Counted from the whole stretch's first letter, positions 36,476 through 48,876 are shown. The stretch is DNA of 60,944 bases, filler included, from Dirinaria sp. TL-2023a (GCA_051941275.1; 4 parts of 4 records of this genome joined end to end with filler, not necessarily neighbours in it); one strand, 5' to 3'. Translations and numbers: made by a program. Notes: generated by a model not told the origin, from the letters alone.

Positions 36476-37030
36476 GATTGGGATCGGGCGGGTCTGGTGG
36501 GAAGGCGATACGTTACTTTAGTACAAAGTCCAAAGTACCTTAATGTAAGGTAAAGTAAGTTAAGCCAAGCGAGACCAGATCGATTTTGCCCTTGACGTTT
36601 CCCTGCAGAGGCGCTCTGGGCGCAAAAAACATCCCGGTCGGATGTAAAAAAGAAAGTCGGCTTATGTCAGCGGGGAACCGGTACCTGCCTTTACCTGCCT
36701 GGACCTGAACAGCAATGGCCGTCAAACCCGCTTGTCCCATGATGGCAATGCGAAGGTAATACAAGGCTTTGCGCTTGTCCCTGCTGTGATATGGTACCTC
36801 AGTATGTATGTCATGATCGGATGAAAATAGGCTAAGCTTTCCATTCGATACCTACATGTACCTTACAGTACTCCACGTAAGTAGTACTGGGGGACTGTGT
36901 TTCCCAAGCACTGCTAAGGTCATGTAAGTACCATCAGTCAGGACGCCATGATGACATTTGGGATGTAAATGTATATGCAACTACCCACATTATTCATGAC
37001 CCCTGGTGCGGACGATCAAATCACCTCACA

Positions 37031-38489
37031 ATGGAACCACGACCTATGCCAGCATTCTACTGCTGCTATCTACTCCAATCAATAGAGCGTCGCTCATCGC
37101 TCTACGTTGGCTCCACTCCCAATCCACGGAGGCGGCTGGCCCAGCACAATGGTAGGGTGAAAGGCGGTGCAGTCAGAACATCGAGGAAGTCTTTACGGCC
37201 TTGGGAGATGACTTGCATAGTGACAGGCTTCCCGTCTAATATCGCAGCTCTGCAGTTTGAGTGAGCTTCTCCCAGATTTTCCTTCGTTTATTCGAAAGCT
37301 TTGCGCAGTTGTTTCATTCCTATTTCTATTTCAGACGATCATTGGGTGCGCCTACTAGCCTCGACCTCTCTTCCATCTCTCATGGCGCCCTGCTTTCTGT
37401 CACGCCGTATCTGACAACGCTTGCAGGTGGGCATGGCAAAACCCACACCGGACAAAGAAAATACCCAAACCAGAGCGAATCAGTTCGCCTGAAAACAGCC
37501 CCAAGAGAGCGCGACGAACAGGCAAGAGTCCAAAGCGCCCCGCTCGTCCGCATTTGTCACTGACTGAACAAATAAAAAATTTACATCGATTGCTTCTGTC
37601 ACCAAGTTTCACGAGGTGGCCGTTGCAAGTGCGGTTTTTTAGAGAAGATCTACACGTCTTTTGGTGTAGTTGGTGCGAACGGTCCAGCGGCGAGATCAGA
37701 AGCGACATTGATATTATCCTGGATCCAAGCCCCCCAGAACCACTACCATTTCCTGGACGGGGCGAGAATGGGACCCACCCGCTGCCAGGAGCGGAGCGAG
37801 AAGAAGTATTTCAAAAGGCGGTTGAATTACTTGATGTCGGCTATCGAGGGCTTAGACCTTGGATCAGAACAAGCCTTGAGCTCATTGAGACTGGCTCTAA
37901 TTATTGCTCTGTGTGCTCGCAACGCATCGTAGGCCGAGGCGACACAATGCTGGTGTGCCCCCAAGCAGACTGTTCTGCTACTACTCACGTGGCCTGTTTG
38001 GCGCGCAAATTCCTTGGCGGGCAAGACGGAAACCGAGTGATTCCTATATCTGGACCTTGCCCGCGGTGCACCGCAAAGCTTCAGTGGGTGGACTTGATCA
38101 AGGAGCTCAGTTTACGCGCTCGAGGGAATAAAGAAATGACCATACTTCTCAAGGAGCGGCGAGTGCGCAAAGCAAAGGCGAAGAGACTCGACCGAGACTT
38201 ATCATCGGATATTCTGGCAGAGAATACTGACGATGCCGGCGACGAAGAGCCTGAGGAGGGTCTCGATACTGCAATTGTACGGGCAGGAAGTGTGGGCAAC
38301 GGATCCTTGGATGGCGATTTGCCCTACTTTGCCGAGCCTGGCGATGATATGATGTCTGTTACTAGTGCAGATTCTGGGATGTTAAGTGGTATCGAAAGCG
38401 TTAATGCAACCGAGAGAAAGTCAGCTCTGTCTCGGCTAGAGGTGGTGATTGAAGACAGCGAGTGGGATGATGCTGAAGCACTTGATTGA
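37031..38489 (+). CDS. SLX1: Structure-specific endonuclease subunit SLX1 (GIY-YIG + RING), 2 exons
   Basis: FYCCYLLQS...[18 protein letters not shown]...[31 protein letters not shown]-like CSVC...CPQADC...HVAC...CPRC. Intron about 37261-37427. Confidence 0.95.
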
Positions 38490-38566
38490 AGAGCTCATGG
38501 CCATAGGACCGCAAGTTTTGAATCCCCAGTTGGGGAAGGTACCTCACCAGTCGGCATCGTAGCCCG

Positions 38567-39288
38567 TCAATCATAGGGCAAAACCTTTCGGAGAGGCTGA
38601 CTCATCTTCTTGTCTTGGAAAATCCTTTCTATCAGAGTACGCATGTCTTGTTGCACATCTTCTAGCGAACGAGCGGCATCAACCAGCACCATGTCTTCTC
38701 CATCAGATTGTTTCAACAACCGATGGAAGTATTGTCTGACCAGTTTCTGCATCTGCCTCGTCTCGTATTTCTCGTCTCCGAAGCCTCCTCTTTGAGAAGC
38801 TACATCGGGTTCGATATCTAAGAAAAGGCATATGTCGGGCCGAGGCAAGCCCACTTCGGGCTCTCGCGCCCATTGCAGAGTCAGATCTGCTTTGCCTTTG
38901 GCGGCAGAATACACGATTCCGGAGTAATAGTAGCGGTCAATGACAACAGAAATTCCCGCTTCGATATCGGCTCGCATGTGTGCAGCAGCCTCCCATCTGT
39001 TGGCTGAGAAAAGCAGATGGATAGCATGATCGTCTTGGTGCGCATCGCCTTTGAGATAGGCATCGATTGATTTGCCAATTGACGTTGTCCTATCTGGAGA
39101 TGCAGATCGTTCACTCAGCTTCGATTTGAAAACCAAAAGAATCAGGACTTGGTACCAGGGAACCTCATGCGTTTGACACGACGGCCTTGAGCTTCTAGAT
39201 GCTCGGACAGAAGTCTGCATTGGGTAGATTTACCAGCTCTGTCAAGGCCTTCGACGACGATAAGTGCGCCTCGATTGCTATGCGACAT
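38567..39288 (-). CDS. CDC8: Thymidylate kinase, 2 exons
   Basis: [20 protein letters not shown]-loop; [40 protein letters not shown]. Confidence 0.95.
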
Positions 39289-39818
39289 GGCTGGGCCTTT
39301 CTATAGAAGTAGAGTATTTTAATTTGGTGGAAAGGTTCGAACTTTCGGAGGCTTGAGGTTGGCTTTGGTAGATCTGCAGATTGGGCCATTTAGCGTGTAG
39401 CTCATGTTTTTGCTTGAGGTGCGCATAAGCTTGAGCTAAGCCTATTAAGGCGAAGCCGCTCGGGGTTAGCACGGAAGATGGATTCACCGATATCCAACGT
39501 CTCTGCTTTATGCAGTCTGTGCCCTGTTAAGGTATTGACCTTTACACTTGGTGAAATATTTGGTGGAGAGTGTTTACAGACGCTACTTCATAGGGTACCT
39601 CTAGCGTCAATGCTCCTGGCGTCAATGCTGCTGACCGGGAAGGAAGAGTCATACGGAGATTAAAGGTTTAGAATGCTCAGAGTCTGGACTTTTTAATGCA
39701 GTACCACTATTCGTTTCTTAAATGTGACCGAACACTTATGGTAAGTGGTCCTGAATCTTGCTTATGTGCAGTCCCAGCGCTCTTGAACGATAAGCTTTCC
39801 CCTCGGGAATGAGCTGAA

Positions 39819-41026
39819 ATGTCGGCATCTAAACCTCCTCTCGATGGAGTTCGTGTGATAGAGTTGGCCGGCCTTGCTCCAGGTATCAGCTCCAGTCATG
39901 AGCCAGAAGGGCCAGACCTCAGACTAAAAAATCCTGCAAAGCTCCTTTTGCTGGCTTACTCCTCTCCGACTATGGTGCCACGGTACTGCGCATTGATCGC
40001 CCGCAACCAGATATACAGAGTGCACCTACAGCCGATTCGTTGGCTAGACGGAAATCGTCTGTCGCGGTCGATCTCAAACTGCCAGCCGCTGTTGCCCTTC
40101 TTAAAGACATTCTCAAACACGCAGATGTCTTGATCGATCCGTTCAGACCCGGAGTCATCGAAGGCTTGGGCCTGATCCCGAAGCAGCTACTCGCGGCCAA
40201 TCCACGGCTGATCATTGCAAGTCTGACAGGATTCAGAAGAGATGGCAAATATAAGGATATGGCAGGGCACGATATCAACTATCTTGCAGTCTCTGGCGTA
40301 CTGAGCCAACTTGGTAGGAGAAGCGAGCTGCCGTATGCGCCTGCGAACATTCTTGCCGATTTTGCTGGCGGTGGCCTGATGTGCGCCTATGGTATCCTCA
40401 TGGCGTTGCTCAGCCGGGAAAGGACTGGCCTAGGCCAAGTGGTCGAGAATAATATGGTCGATGGCGCGGCATACCTGGCCACTTTCCTACGCTATGGTCT
40501 TAAAACCCCATTGTGGAACCAGCCGCGAGGGGAGAACATGCTCGATGGCGGATGTCCGTTCTACGATACATACGAATGCAAGGATGGAGGTTACATGGCT
40601 GTGGGTGCGCTAGAACCACATTTCTTTCAGGAGCTAGTCTGCTCTCTAAAGCTCGAGAATACCTACCGTCCTGAAGATCAATTCGACCGTGCGAAGTGGC
40701 CCGCAATGAAGAAAGCCCTCGAGCGAAAGTTCGCGCAGAATACGAGAAGTGAATGGGAAACACTATTTAATGGTGCAGACGCTTGCTGCACACCTGTCTT
40801 GGGACAGGCAGAGCTACAAAAAGCAGGATATGGGCAGAGACTCCCGATATCTTTAACCAATACTCCTGGCTTGGAAATCCCGGAGCCTGACGCTTGGGAC
40901 AGCTCAGGTCTCGCGCCAGGATATTGTGGCGAACAGATCCTGAATACGTGGTTTAATTGGCGAAGAGGAAAGCATTACGAGATCGACAATGGAAGCCTAG
41001 TCAAGATCGACACACCTAAGCTGTGA
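39819..41026 (+). CDS. Alpha-methylacyl-CoA racemase / CoA-transferase family III, 2 exons, with PTS1-like C-terminus
   Basis: [58 protein letters not shown]; ends in PKL. Confidence 0.93.
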
Positions 41027-41389
41027 GGCGATCAGTGTAATCGAACAAGCAAGCGACGGGAGAATGCTTCTCAGCATCGTCTAGCATGCCCCCTGACCCT
41101 ATTTTTCCAACCTAACCCTCGGCGAGACATGATTTGACATGCTAATAGCCACTTTATCAGTTCAAAAAAAAAAAAAACTGGAAGATTGGCTGTCTAGGTC
41201 CACGTACGCGGAATTTGGTAGTAGGGAGCGCACCAAATGCTGTTTCCCCCAGAATGCGTTGCTTGCCTCACTGTTCTGAAGTCTGCGAGCTTTTTGGTCA
41301 GCTCCAAACCTCTTTCTATGCTAGACAAGGGTCAAGGTACGAGTACTTCACACTCTATACTATACGCTGGCCAACAAGATTCTCAACGG

Positions 41390-42382
41390 TCACGCCTCAT
41401 CTACACCAACCATCTTACAGCTATCTGCCCACAGCTTCTTCTCATCCTGTTCATTATATGCCCACTTAGCATATCCAGCCACGTTCCCAGGCTCATTTTC
41501 TGACGCTTCATCGCAGTCCTCCAAGTATCGACCTCCCTTCCCTTCCCAATCTTTACTCACGGCCGCATACACTGTCGTGGCCGCACCTTGTACTGGACTT
41601 TTCATATAATTCCTTGTTTTCTCGTCTTTCTGGAACTGTGCTTTCCTCTCCTCCGACATGTGCACTTGCAGCCCTGTTGCTATGCCGCCAGGATGCAGAC
41701 TCAAGGCATGAAGCCCACGGTCACCGTACCGTCGCTCGATCTCATTGGCCATGTATATGTTCGCGGTCTTGGACTGTCCGTACGCGACCCATTCGTTGTA
41801 GCCACCTTTCTCAAAGCTGTAATTGCCAAATTGGATACCTCCTGAACGATGACCCATTGATGAGAGAGCAACAACGCGAGAATTGAACCCCCGGTCCGAA
41901 GAAGCCAGGAGCGTAGGCTTGAGAAGCTGGAAAAGCAGGAAGTGGGCAAGGTGATTCGTTCCAAATTGCCCCTCAAATCCATCTTTCGTTTTCTCGAGCG
42001 TAGGAGTGGCCATAATGCCGGCATTGTTGATCAGAATATTCAACCTACCGCTCTTGGCCAGGAAATCCTTCGCGCATGCCCTCACGCTCTCCAGGGAATT
42101 GAGATCGAGGATAAGTAACTCGACACGGCCGGGCTCAAGGATACCCTCCAACGCCTTTTCTCCTTTGGCCACGTTGCGCACACAGCAGAAAACTTTGGCG
42201 CCGGTCGCGGACATGGCACGGGCAGTCTCAATGCCTAGGCCGGAGGAGCAGCCGGTGATGAGGACCACCTTGTCGGCGAGCTTGCCTTCAAGGCCTTCGT
42301 CTTTAATGATTTGCAATGCTGAGGGACGTGCATCATCGGGGCCTTTGGGGGAGACGTGAGCTTGGCTGTAGCGGGATGGCAT
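41390..42382 (-). CDS. Short-chain dehydrogenase/reductase (retinol dehydrogenase/WWOX-like); alternative in-frame ATG at 42586
   Basis: TGCSSGLG Rossmann motif, INNAG, FGTNHLAHF, catalytic YGQSK, QGAATTV. Confidence 0.93.
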   Translation of the reverse strand: MPSRYSQAHVSPKGPDDARPSALQIIKDEGLEGKLADKVVLITGCSSGLGIETARAMSATGAKVFCCVRNVAKGEKALEGILEPGRVELLILDLNSLESVRACAKDFLAKSGRLNILINNAGIMATPTLEKTKDGFEGQFGTNHLAHFLLFQLLKPTLLASSDRGFNSRVVALSSMGHRSGGIQFGNYSFEKGGYNEWVAYGQSKTANIYMANEIERRYGDRGLHALSLHPGGIATGLQVHMSEERKAQFQKDEKTRNYMKSPVQGAATTVYAAVSKDWEGKGGRYLEDCDEASENEPGNVAGYAKWAYNEQDEKKLWADSCKMVGVDEA

Positions 42383-43270
42383 TGTAGCCGAGGTTGTAAA
42401 TGTCCTCACTACTCTGGGAATGCAATACGGAAAGTCGTTACTTGGGATTGGTTTGGCTCTGTAACGGGACGTAGAATGGATTCCAGGAGCTACTGTCCTA
42501 GAGAGCGTACGTGTATAAGGGCACTGGGGATACACGAGACGAGGTACAAAAGGCGAACAATGTATACCTCTCCGTCTAATGAGCATGCGTGCCCGCAAAA
42601 TAATGCCGAGGTGTCGAACGGGATGAATACAGGGAACTGTTACTACGACCCGGTTGACTCTCCTTCAAGCAATAAAATGATGTTCAAGCCGAACGCTGTT
42701 AGTATTACTAAGGTAATGCAGGATGAGCGCCTGAGCGTCGCCCTCTCGGCAGTCGGACGAGATCGTACCTGCAGATCGCGGGATGGCAGGATCTTTTCTT
42801 ATCTAGGAAGGTACGAGTTACGAATACCGCCAAACATACTTTACACTGCCTGCTGGTTGAGTGAATTGATGGGTTGATGATGGCTTCTTACTTTTGAATA
42901 TTGGAGGACTCACTGAGTTTTTAAAGTCGTCAAGTCGTCAAGTGAAGTCGTCAACTCAGGTACTCAAGACTACCTTACTGATAGTGTTAGTGGCTCGACA
43001 CAGGGACCTCGGTACGACTACAGTGTAGATTGAGGGGCGGAATTGCTTTCCTTATCGATAAAGCTCTCCTTGCGGTAATTTCGGGCCGGGATCACTAGCT
43101 CCTTTTCAACTATTTAAGATGTAAACAGACCCGTCGCGCTTTCTTCTCTCCATCAAAAATCTCCACATCTCCAGCGCTTCCACTGCCTCTAGTAATTCAA
43201 TCGCGAGACTATACCCAAATTCAAGCACAGACTGTTCTTTAGAGACACTGAAGTTTCACGTGATCACGAG

Positions 43271-44884
43271 ATGTCGGAGTCCGAATTCGGAGGACCCGAG
43301 GATTTCACCCTCAATATGGAGAAATACATGCGCCAAACACCTCCACCTACACCAAAGCACCGTCACCAGGCCACAGTTGAGAACGCCGAAGACGTCGAAA
43401 GCCCCATACGGCTGCCAGCGAAAGATTTAGAGATTCGTGAGCTCAAAGCTGAGCTTGAGGCAACTGAAGCCGGCAATGCTAGCATTCGCAAAGCCCTCGA
43501 GACAGAAAGGAAGGAGAATGAAATACTACGCCGAAAGCTTGAAGACGCAACTTCCTTTCAAGATGTTCTTCGCCTCATTAAAACCGTCGAAAAAGAGAAC
43601 AGTCGTCTCACGGCCAGCAACGAACGCCTGCAAGGGGACAACAGCGAACTGAGCCAGAAGCTTCAGGAAGCGGCGTCCAACCATGAGATGCTGGAAACCG
43701 AAGTAGTAACCCTGCGTGACTCCCTCGCTGCTTATGATAATGACCACTCTTCCCACCAATCCACACTAGCATCTCTCAAAGCATCGCACCAGTGCACTAT
43801 TACTGCATTGAAAGCCAGTCATAAAGAGCAGCTTCAGGACATCGAGTGTAGATACACGGAGAAACTTGAGGATCTCAAGTCTCAACACGCCGAAGAACGT
43901 GACGACCTTACGTCACGCCAAACACATCAGCTTGTTGATCTGGAGGAGAGGCACGAGAACGAAGCTACCTTGATCAAAGCAGATCTTGGGAAGAAGCACG
44001 AAAGCGAGTTTTCCTTACTCAAAACCAGCCACGCTGAGCAAATCAATAACATGAAGGAAAACATCGCAAAGGCCGATCGATTGATGCGAGATCATGACGC
44101 AAAGCGCGAGGTTCTGGTGCAGAGTCTTCGTACCCGTGGAGACACCCTCGAAAAAGACCTTAAGAACGCCAAAGCCGATCACGAAACCGCCATCAACAAG
44201 AGTGTTACCAACATGAAAGCTACCCTTGCCAAAGCCGACCATTTGATGCGAGAACACGATGCCAAGCGCGATCGTCAAGCTCAACGCCTCCAAGAACGCA
44301 TAAGGGACCTCGAGAAAGGCTCCGCTGCCGCCTCGGTCAAGGCTACTACAAACTCTTCTGTCACCAAACTTCAATCCAAGCTCGCTGCTCTCACCAAGGA
44401 GTACGACACCATGAAAACCAACCTCGACACCGCGAACACCAGAATTGCCACCCTCACCAAAGAGCACGACATAACCAAAACCCAGCTCGACATCGCGCAC
44501 ACCAGAATCGCCAACCTCATGAGGGAGCAGAACTACTTCAAGGATGAACTAGCAGCCAGGAACACCGTCATCGCCGACTGCTCCCGCTTCTGTGACAAAA
44601 TCGAGGCTGAACAAGACGCGGAAATCCAGACCCTCAAGGATGCCCACCGAGAGGAACTTACGACCCTGGAGCAACACTGGTCGAGGAAATACGCCAAGTT
44701 AAGCAAGTCGATGGACATATGCGACAACGAGCTGCGCCGGCTATGGGGTCGGGAGGAACTCGGAGATACCACGGAGGGAGGCACCAAACCCCAGCGGTAC
44801 CGGTACAAGTACGTCAACAAGCACGGCGAACTGAATGCCGCAGGTCGGGAATTGCTGGCGCGCAGAGCGTCGAGGCAGGAATGA
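43271..44884 (+). CDS. Coiled-coil protein resembling the spindle-pole-body-associated SnaD family
   Basis: Extensive heptad coiled coil; N-terminal GGPEDFTLNMEKY and C-terminal LWGREELG...QRYRYKY motifs that I recall from SnaD-like proteins. Confidence 0.65.
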   Translation: MSESEFGGPEDFTLNMEKYMRQTPPPTPKHRHQATVENAEDVESPIRLPAKDLEIRELKAELEATEAGNASIRKALETERKENEILRRKLEDATSFQDVLRLIKTVEKENSRLTASNERLQGDNSELSQKLQEAASNHEMLETEVVTLRDSLAAYDNDHSSHQSTLASLKASHQCTITALKASHKEQLQDIECRYTEKLEDLKSQHAEERDDLTSRQTHQLVDLEERHENEATLIKADLGKKHESEFSLLKTSHAEQINNMKENIAKADRLMRDHDAKREVLVQSLRTRGDTLEKDLKNAKADHETAINKSVTNMKATLAKADHLMREHDAKRDRQAQRLQERIRDLEKGSAAASVKATTNSSVTKLQSKLAALTKEYDTMKTNLDTANTRIATLTKEHDITKTQLDIAHTRIANLMREQNYFKDELAARNTVIADCSRFCDKIEAEQDAEIQTLKDAHREELTTLEQHWSRKYAKLSKSMDICDNELRRLWGREELGDTTEGGTKPQRYRYKYVNKHGELNAAGRELLARRASRQE

Positions 44885-45150
44885 TGATGATGATGATCAT
44901 TAAGCGGTTGATGAGGGAGTTTCCGGACGGCTTAGCGTGATGAATCGACGACACACACTTGACACCACCACTGTTTAGCATGGCGTTTTTCTTTCATGGG
45001 ACAGGTATATTTGGGATAAAAGGAACGACTGGTTCCAAGCATTCAGAGCATGGCATGGGCATGGGCATGGCGTTGGTACGATATTGGGTTCAGGTTTTTA
45101 TTTTTATTTTTTCCTTTCTTCCCCTTCTTATTCTTACTCCTCGACACCGT

Positions 45151-45494
45151 CCTCGCTTCGACTTCCCCCAGTTCTTCAGGAGGTACGTTGGCTGATGGAA
45201 GGTTTATTTGGATCGTCCCATCCTTCGAGATTTCTATTTCTAGTTAGTCTTCTTGCATACTGACCTCGCTTTGACTCCCCTCTTCAAGGGGGTACGTTGG
45301 CTGATGGAAGGTTTACATTACATTATTCTTATATTGGTGGGGTCCTGATCGGTCATTGGTTTGGCCGTTATTCATTATTAGTCATTATTCATTAGCATTT
45401 GCTTCGGGTACCGGGACTCCTGCTCCTCCTCGGAAACCTTCCTCGCGTTTGACTACCCCCTTTCGAAGGTTCGGGGGTTACGTCCGCTTGATGG
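45151..45494. repeat. Three imperfect ~52-56 nt direct repeats near an AT-rich contig end
   Basis: Exact 25-mer GGTACGTTGGCTGATGGAAGGTTTA at 45182-45206 and 45291-45315; a third diverged copy at 45441-45494. Confidence 0.75.
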
Positions 45495-45708
45495 GTTTCT
45501 GAGGAGGCGTTATTCCAGGGCCTTAGTAGTATTGCTGTGGAGGTTCTCTATATACCTGAAGGATTGCCCGGGAAATAAAAACCGACTAATTAATTATTAA
45601 GGTAATTGGTATTATCTGAGCTGGTGAAAAATATAGAGAGCGGGAGATATATATAAAATATCTATATATCAATTCACAAGCGACCACAACCCTGACCTTA
45701 TCCAAACC

Positions 45709-45808
45709 NNNNNNNNNNNNNNNNNNNNNNNNNNNNNNNNNNNNNNNNNNNNTTAATTAATTAANNNNNNNNNNNNNNNNNNNNNNNNNNNNNNNNNNNN
45801 NNNNNNNN
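45709..45808. other. Artificial contig spacer (N44-TTAATTAATTAA-N44)
   Basis: Identical 100-nt linker. Confidence 0.98.
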
Positions 45809-46201
45809 GGTGGGGGGCGGCAGGCGCGATGCAATCCACAGGGGTTGAGAGGGGAAAAAAAAAAGCTCGAGAACAGAGATGCCATTTTCGCTGAGAGAAA
45901 AAAATATATATGTATGCACTCGTATCATTATGCATGTTGGTTGTGTACAGGGGTTGGGTATTCCGGGGGAACTCGGCTTTCAGGGGAGGGATGCTTCTTC
46001 TTGCAACGCGCTTTCCTACAGGGTATGCATGCTGAAGTTGAGGAAAGTTTTTGGGGTGGGAGGGACGCGCGGTTTTGTTCGTTGCGTAGTTTGTAGGGGA
46101 TACTGTAGTTAGGTGGGTTTTTTTTGTGGCCTGGAATAGATGCGGCGTGGGGAATTTTTGTAGGTGAGTGGGTAGTTTTGAAGGCGGAAACCGAGGATGT
46201 C

Positions 46202-48876
46202 TTACGAGTATCCTGAGTGTTTGCCGATTCCATTGACAAGCTTGCTTTTGTTCAAGCGCTTTGCAGGCGGTTCGTCTTCTGGCTCGCTCGATGTCGAGGC
46301 ATCTATGGATTCGGCATCTTCGTAATCAACTTCTTCATCAGCTGATATTTCGCCCTCTGACTCTCCGTCCGTGGATTCTGCCTCCTCGTCGAAAAGTGCA
46401 TCGTCTTCGCTCTCCGAGCCCGAGCCTTCTGACTCTTGAATGACACCATTTATCGTCGTTGGCATCTCGTCCTCTTCGTCCTCTCCATCTTCTTCGTCCT
46501 CTTCATCCTCTTCATCCTCCTCGTCGCCACTTCCCCCAGAATCACCCTCACTTTCCGCGTCCACAATAGTTTTGAGCCCTTCTTCAGCTGTTCCCTTTGA
46601 ATGTGCGGCATTCTCCAATCCATCTTCAGAGTCTGATTCTTCTTGACCCTCAACGTAGATAACGCCTTCCTCGTCATCTTCGTCAAGGGCATTGGCTGCT
46701 CTTGAGCTTGCTCGCATGCTTTTCCTAAGGTTGATCTGTGCTTCCAGCATGTCTAGCTTTCCCTTCAGCGATAGCAATGGTTGTAGACTGTTCGCGCGTT
46801 CGCCAACAACACGATACAGTGATACAAGCTTTTTCATGACTTCCGGTTGGCTGGCTAGATATCCACCATGGGAAACGAGGGTCCACTGGATCCATACCAT
46901 CAGGTTCCCCGCTCGGCCTGGTCGGCTGTGTAAGCGTTCTGCTAGTTTTTCCATCAACGAGCCTGCGAGCGATGACTCGATACGCTCAATCGTCGCCCGC
47001 ACAGTACGAAGATCCCGCCGGAGAAAACACGATTCAAGTAGATCGGCGTCGTTTGTTCGGAGCGCTTGCGTTAATACGGTGCCAAGAGACGTGCTGGACT
47101 GTAGATGAAGATCCCGCCCGCCTGTTGCGGTAAGGGTTTGTGGATTTTGGGATGGGAAAGAAGCTTGGACATCAATAGCTTCGGCCGCATTGGCTCTGAT
47201 TATCTCACCGAACGATGGTTCAGCTGCCTCTTGACCATGTCCTAGTCCTTTCTCATCGCTGCCCGTGATGGCGTCCTCAGCTTCCATGTCCTCCATTGTG
47301 ACATCCGCATCATCTTGGCTTTGCTGTTGAGATGTGGGTTCGGACCGTGTGCTCTTCTCGTCCTGTGCTTCCACATCATCGTCCTCTTCTTCGCTGTACT
47401 GACTTTCCTCTTCGGCACTGGTGATATCGATAGCCGATGATGGATCTACACCCACCGACACGTCTCCACCATTTGTGATCACAGTATGCGACTCGTCCAC
47501 ATGGCTTTTGCCCATATCCTTTACTCCGTTTAACATTGCTCCGCTTATGCCAGCGTTGCTTTTAGCTTTGACTAGCTCATTCATCCCCTGTAAGATAAAC
47601 TTGGCCGTCGTTTCATCCCGCCATCGGATGCGATCAAAGACGAGGTTCACACCACCTTCTGTCCACGCCATTACGATATCGTTGCCCTCAAAAGCCACGT
47701 TGAGCAATGGAACGCTCGTTAACGATCCCTCAGGCCGGACGATCTTGATCGCCGCAGTTGCTTTCCTAGTCATCCGCTTTCTGCGAGCTTTCAGACTTTC
47801 TTCATGGTTTCCTTTAGAGGGCTTCTCAAAATCGAATGGTGACGGGAAAAGCTCGACGACACCGTCCTTGTTGATTGCTGCCAGTATCTGATCCGGTAAT
47901 TGCTCATTTATAGGGTTTTCGCCGTGCGACTGGGCATGCGCATTGTGACTAATTGTGGATGAGAGCGCGAGACATGTTGTTTCGACTGCAGGCACGAGGT
48001 TCCCAATCAACTCGCGCGAAGCGACGTCAAATACATTGATCGCGTGTTCAGACTCAGAGGCTGTCAAGAAAGACAAGCGCCGGCTAAGGTAAGAATCAGA
48101 AGCCAATAGGGTGTGAATGGAGTGACTAGAAGCTGAAAAGGACGGCGGCGGCGCTTCCGAATCTGGGTCGAGCAAATAGGCAGTGTGCGAGGCGCATAGA
48201 ATCGATCTTCCAACTGGGCATAACGTTGCAACAGAAGAGGCAGGTGCTCTCAAGGATCTAGGTATTGTCAATTACAGTGATCTCCATGCGAAGCCACAAT
48301 GCCAGACCGTATGCTTTTCCGCTTCCGTAGATCCCATTGTAATATCTTGCCGTCGCCTCCAATGCTCCAACCAGTATCTTTCAGTTCACCATGCGAAAAA
48401 CGAAAATCTCGGATACCCTGCGTATGTTCACCCTGCAGCACAGCGACCATCTTCGACTCGCTTGGAGAGAACAGCCGTATCTCCGAATCGCTCATGCCCA
48501 AGGCGACGACAACGTCTTTGGGATCAAGTACTGTGCCATTGAGCTTGTCCGACCGCTTCCTCTTGTTCTTTGATCCTTGCAGGTGACCATCGCTGCGATG
48601 TTCACCACTGACACCCCAGTCCAAGCAACTGACAGTAGCTCTGGAAGTGATTGTATGCTCACACCGTAGCCGGCCAGTAGTGGTATCGTGGATGCGAAGA
48701 TGCTGACCATCAAGACCTTGAATCACTGAAGCGAACAACGATAGCTGAAAATGGGAGGGCGAGAAGCGTGAGTGTAGTATTGAAGCTTTCTGAGCAGTCT
48801 GAGCGGTGGTCTGTGCCGGCGCTGCTGAGGACGATATTATCGGCGCCCGTGTTCGGGAGGTTTTGCTGATACCCAT
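46202..48876 (-). CDS. UTP5: U3 snoRNP/SSU processome protein Utp5 (WD40 + Dip2/Utp12 domain + acidic tail), 2 exons
   Basis: FASVIQGLDGQHLRIHDT; WSIGGDGKILQWDL; SLGTVLTQALRTNDADLLESC; RPGRAGNLMVWIQWTLVSHG; LLSLKGKLDML; D/E-rich C-terminus. Confidence 0.9.

Noticed and set aside
37031..38489. GIY-YIG domain as a homing endonuclease
   Set aside because: GIY-YIG plus C-terminal RING is the housekeeping SLX1 architecture.
45151..45494. Repeat-spacer pattern as a CRISPR array
   Set aside because: Eukaryotic context, only three divergent copies, irregular spacing, no cas genes.
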